DNA of 64,000 nucleotides from Diadema antillarum (lineage: Eukaryota), in contig NW_027271579.1 in assembly GCF_040938485.1 (NCBI RefSeq), positions 558,001-622,000 on the forward strand. The letters run 5' to 3'. Below the pieces are notes generated by a model that saw only the letters and a program-made list of their open reading frames with translations, did no database searches and was not told the DNA's origin. The position numbers and the translations under genes are program-made. Below, piece by piece: positions 59,952 to 64,000 of this stretch (the stretch's first letter is position 1; each line of letters starts with the position of its first letter).

Positions 59952-60255
59952 TTAGACTGTCCCAGTTGCCTTTGACACTTTGAGAAGCCTTGTCAGAGAA
60001 TCTTCAATAATTGCTTCCATTTCCATAAGATAACCTGAATTAAAAATCAATTAATCATCTATAATATGAATTGCTAGAGTGACATCTGTCTCAATACATT
60101 TCAGATCAAGCAGAGGAAAAATGTGCAGCACAGGGACACCCCATTAATTAGATTGCAGGGACTGCAGATTTTACCATGTAACTTATTTACTGGTACCTTG
60201 TTGTAAACGTAATATAAAAGACCAGCTAAATAAAGTAGTGGAAAATCATCTCTCT
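59952..60255 (-). CDS. Unidentified protein-coding gene, last two exons (60255-60175, 60034-59952); upstream exons not resolved
   Basis: tacag|AG R D D F P L L Y L A G L L Y Y V Y N K V P V N K L H G|gtaaaa joins in phase to ttcag|GT Y L M E M E A I I E D S L T R L L K V S K A T G T V*. The peptide has helical, protein-like composition but I do not recognise the family. Confidence 0.55.
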
Positions 60256-63200
60256 CTGTAATATACGAACAAAGAAATCCATATATTGCTTTTCTTTCCA
60301 CATTGTGTCAACAGTGTTCTCTAAAAAGATAGGAATACAGAAATTTACCCAAATATCTCACACATATCATTTGTTGAGATAGCATAAAAAAAACCCAACA
60401 CTAATCAACAATCAGTCCAACCAAAACACAGAATAGAACACTAATGCTAAAATACCAGCAACATTAGTGACAACAAGTCTCACATCACGCTTTCAGGTTA
60501 TTTCTTTTCTGTCATAAACAGTGACTTAATAACACAGAAGTCTATTTTTTGGCTGAGAATCAGAAAGGCTTTCTCACAGTTTGGGGGTGTAGAGTTATTG
60601 GTATCGAGTTGCAGAGCTTGATCTCCTTTACATTATGGTGTCAACTTGAAGTCATTTTCATTTTCAGTAAAATGTTAAAAAAGAAAACCACGAGGGCACT
60701 ATTTTACCCTATATTTAGAACAATGCTTATAAATCTACCGACTTTTGAGTAAATATTTATCTTATGAAAATGGATTGTTTCATTCTTATTTATGCTCAAA
60801 TCTTATTTTCAAGCATAGAAATTATTTAATGATCAGAATTTAGCTTGTTTGTTGATGTGTGTGTCTTTCTGTCAATGTGAGTGTTTGAGTATCCATTCAA
60901 ACATGTCCTTTGTTCCTAAACTTCTTGGACACATTCAAACAAATTTACAAGACCTTTGACAGACAACTGAACAAACGTAAAGAAAAGAAACACTTCGTAT
61001 CTTGAAGTGGTTGGAAAGCACCAGAAGAAGAGACAGGGAAAATAAAAGGAAGAAATGAAAAAAAAAAAATACAATCTTCATTTCAGGAGCAAGAAGCTGA
61101 TTAATTTGAACTTGTGCAGCGTTTGGAACAAATTTCATAGAGGTGAAAATTGGTGGAAATTCTAGGAGGCCTGTAGACAAGTGCCACCACAGTATATGCT
61201 TGCAGAGATATACTGCTTCCTTGTAAATTCATATATACAAAACACATATTATATATGAACATCTGATAAAACAATGCCAACTGTAAATATTCTTGCCGAG
61301 CCCAAATGCGTCCATTCTGCATCTGCATGCCATACACACCTTTTTCATGGCAGGCTAAAAATGATCGGTAAACACTATTGCATTGATGGGTAATGTAATT
61401 AATTCTATGGTGTCAACAGTGTACTCTGTATTAATTTTCACACGTGATGAAAACAGCATACACACAGAAAATCTCCTTGCTGCTGGAATATTTCACTTTT
61501 AAGATGCCTTCTTAAAATGATGACAAATAATATACAGCTGGCAAAATACATTGATTGAGATTGTAACTGGAGACACAGGCAAACAACATGGGAACAGAAA
61601 TTTCTTTAAACACTGTACAAAAGAGCTGTAGGTTTTCAAACTGTGCCAAAGCCAAAGAGATTTGGGTTAATACATGTGACCCACAAAAGCAAAATGTTTG
61701 ATACATTCTGCATACACCTGCTCACTTACCAACAACAGTAATCTTTCAGACAGACATACAAAATTTATTCACATAGCACCAAGTATATTTTTGAAGTTCA
61801 GTAACTTTTTTTTAAAAATTTCTTCCACTCTGAAGAATTTCAGTGTCAGTCTGAAAAGGAAAAGAATAATTGATTCATTGCTATATACAGCAGGCTCATC
61901 AAACCTGACCAATACACAGAAGCAAGATATGCCACTGGGAACTAGCAGCCGTATGTCGAATTACCAACTGTACTGTGGGAAAAGGTAGATTTTGCAAGAT
62001 TATAGAGTCTCCATTACACAAAGATTGCAATTATTGTCAACAGGGTTTCTGTGCCAGTAGGAAAGAAAAAATCAGCTAAACAAACAAACAAACCCACACA
62101 AAAAACAATGTATTAACAGGAAAAAAAAAAAAAACATCCACAAAACACAGTGTGTAAAGATGTGGAGGGCCATACATGGTTTGAACCCAGTACCCCGATC
62201 CCTACCCAATGCACCTCAGCACTCCCCTAGAATATGTTTTCTAACATCAAACAGAAGGTACAACCATTCTTTCAAAGGCTGCGCACCAATCTATTGTGTA
62301 CAGCTGTACAATCTGTGTATATCTGCACTGTGGTCACAAAATGACATGATGCCAGGATATCTTCATTTGGGATCATTCTTAAATTTCTAACATTCATCAT
62401 GAGCTACCATAGAGTGCATTATGTTGACCAATGTTTCTTGTGATACCTACTTCTTCCATTCCTTTTTTTTTAACGCTTTCATTTCTTCAAACAAAATTTG
62501 AATATGAATTATGTATTTCTTTTACTTCAGTTTTTAGTTCCAGTTCAATTGATGTTCCATTCGTCCACAAAAACTATAACAAAATACAAAGTCTACACTT
62601 CAAAAGTATTTCATCATATTGTAGAAAATAAATGATAAAAGTACCACCAGGACCAAGCTGTAAAGAGGATCTTGCTCTAATATACCCAAACAATACCAAT
62701 CAAGATAAAGACTGGCAAGATGAGGACATACACCAGTAGACACTTTACATCAATATGACCACATCACTCTCCCACCACCACCGACATCCCACTCCTCCTA
62801 TCATTAATTTGGCAGCAGACTTTACCTACCAGTGAATCTCTCCTTCACAAACAAGCAGGCTTTCAATTGGTCATTGTTTCAACATAGAGATGGAAGCTAC
62901 AACAGCAACAACAACGAAAATTCCCTAATGCCAAAACTGGCCAGTGGATCTACAAACTTAGATGTCTAACTGGATCCAACTATGTGTAGTGCCAAAGTGA
63001 ATCTGGACATGACAGAAATATATACTCACTACATGTCTTGCCAATATCTCTTTTGCAGCACTATCAATATTTCAATCAATAAAATCTTTGCTAGCTTTGA
63101 TGTATATCACATCTTTTAACGTATTGTTTAAATCATACATTTCTGTATCTAGTTATTGTAGAGTATCACTAACAGTTGTCCAGATGGACAGGTAAACTTA

Positions 63201-64000
63201 ATGATATTTTTAGCATCCAAGTAGCTACCAGTATGAATATCTTGTCCAAGCAGCTTTCTGGATTAGTTCACATAAAGCTAGTATCAGCTGCTTCCTTTTC
63301 TTTTTATTTTTATTTTCCCACTGTGAATAAAATGACTGGTTTGCTTGCTGCTTAAGAAAGCAATCTGGAATATCTGACACTACTTCAATTAATCATCCTT
63401 TTCTGTCTTTCTTTTTCAGCCTTTAGAGCCTGTACCCTACATTTTGTATATGTCCTGTAAACACTCACTTACTGATGAGTCCTAATTGTGGCATCGACTT
63501 ATTGCATGCAATGGAGGGGAGAATCTTGTGGGAAAGGTATTAGGAGAAAGTGAAAGCAAATGAGTGGGAAAAAAACGGGGGGGGGGGGGGGGGGGGAGCT
63601 CTCATTAAAACTAGAATGAAGAGACAAACCTAGAAGTCAGATTTGCATCTAAGTTTTCAGTTTATGAATTTGAGCATTGCTGATGAGTATCAAGGACGGT
63701 GGTATCTAAGTCCATTGTCCCAATAGTTACCTGTATATAACTGTGAGGGATATCTAGGCCTAACTTGATTTTCATAATCATTTAATGAGTCATAAATCAT
63801 AACCGTGAACAAATAGTGGCAAATTTACAACTCATCACAATCACACAAGTACTTCCTCTGATATACTTCAAAGTACAGGAAACCAATGTTTTTTTGTACC
63901 TTCTAACGTTGCTGCACTTTTAACATGAAAATACTCTGTCACAATGTATACATGTATATTCATTAAATAACTGATGAAAGAAAAACAGAAATAGTACATT

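Noticed and set aside
62160-62260. tRNA gene or tRNA-derived SINE (GGGTTCAAACC B-box-like on the minus strand)
   Set aside because: No convincing A-box or cloverleaf could be built.

Overview
AT-rich eukaryotic (non-vertebrate animal) genomic DNA; the repeat content and intron sizes look echinoderm/sea-urchin-like, which is inference. There are three N gaps: 6882-7019, 28953-29084 and 51567-51859. Four protein-coding loci were reconstructed by hand from splice sites. (1) The 3' end of CNEP1R1/TMEM188 (+, <1-2017). (2) A compact 3-exon gene (-, 12132-9207) encoding a 193-aa protein with an N-terminal chromodomain (intact aromatic cage) and a single C-terminal transmembrane helix; this tail-anchored chromodomain architecture is the most interesting item here. 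(3) A nearly complete meckelin gene, TMEM67 (+, 13913-48474; 28 exons found, 938 aa), head-to-head with the chromodomain gene; the exon equivalent to human exon 11 was not found. (4) The last two exons of an unidentified gene (-, 60255-59952). Introns and intergenic DNA are packed with MITEs (TA-TSD, Kolobok/TTAA-like, Harbinger-like, hAT-like), a Helentron-associated (HINE-type) element, a six-unit array carrying RFX X-box-like motifs, a LINE 3' fragment, and decayed hAT, pogo and Myb/SANT ORFs. All homology calls come from recalled family sequences, not from database searches.
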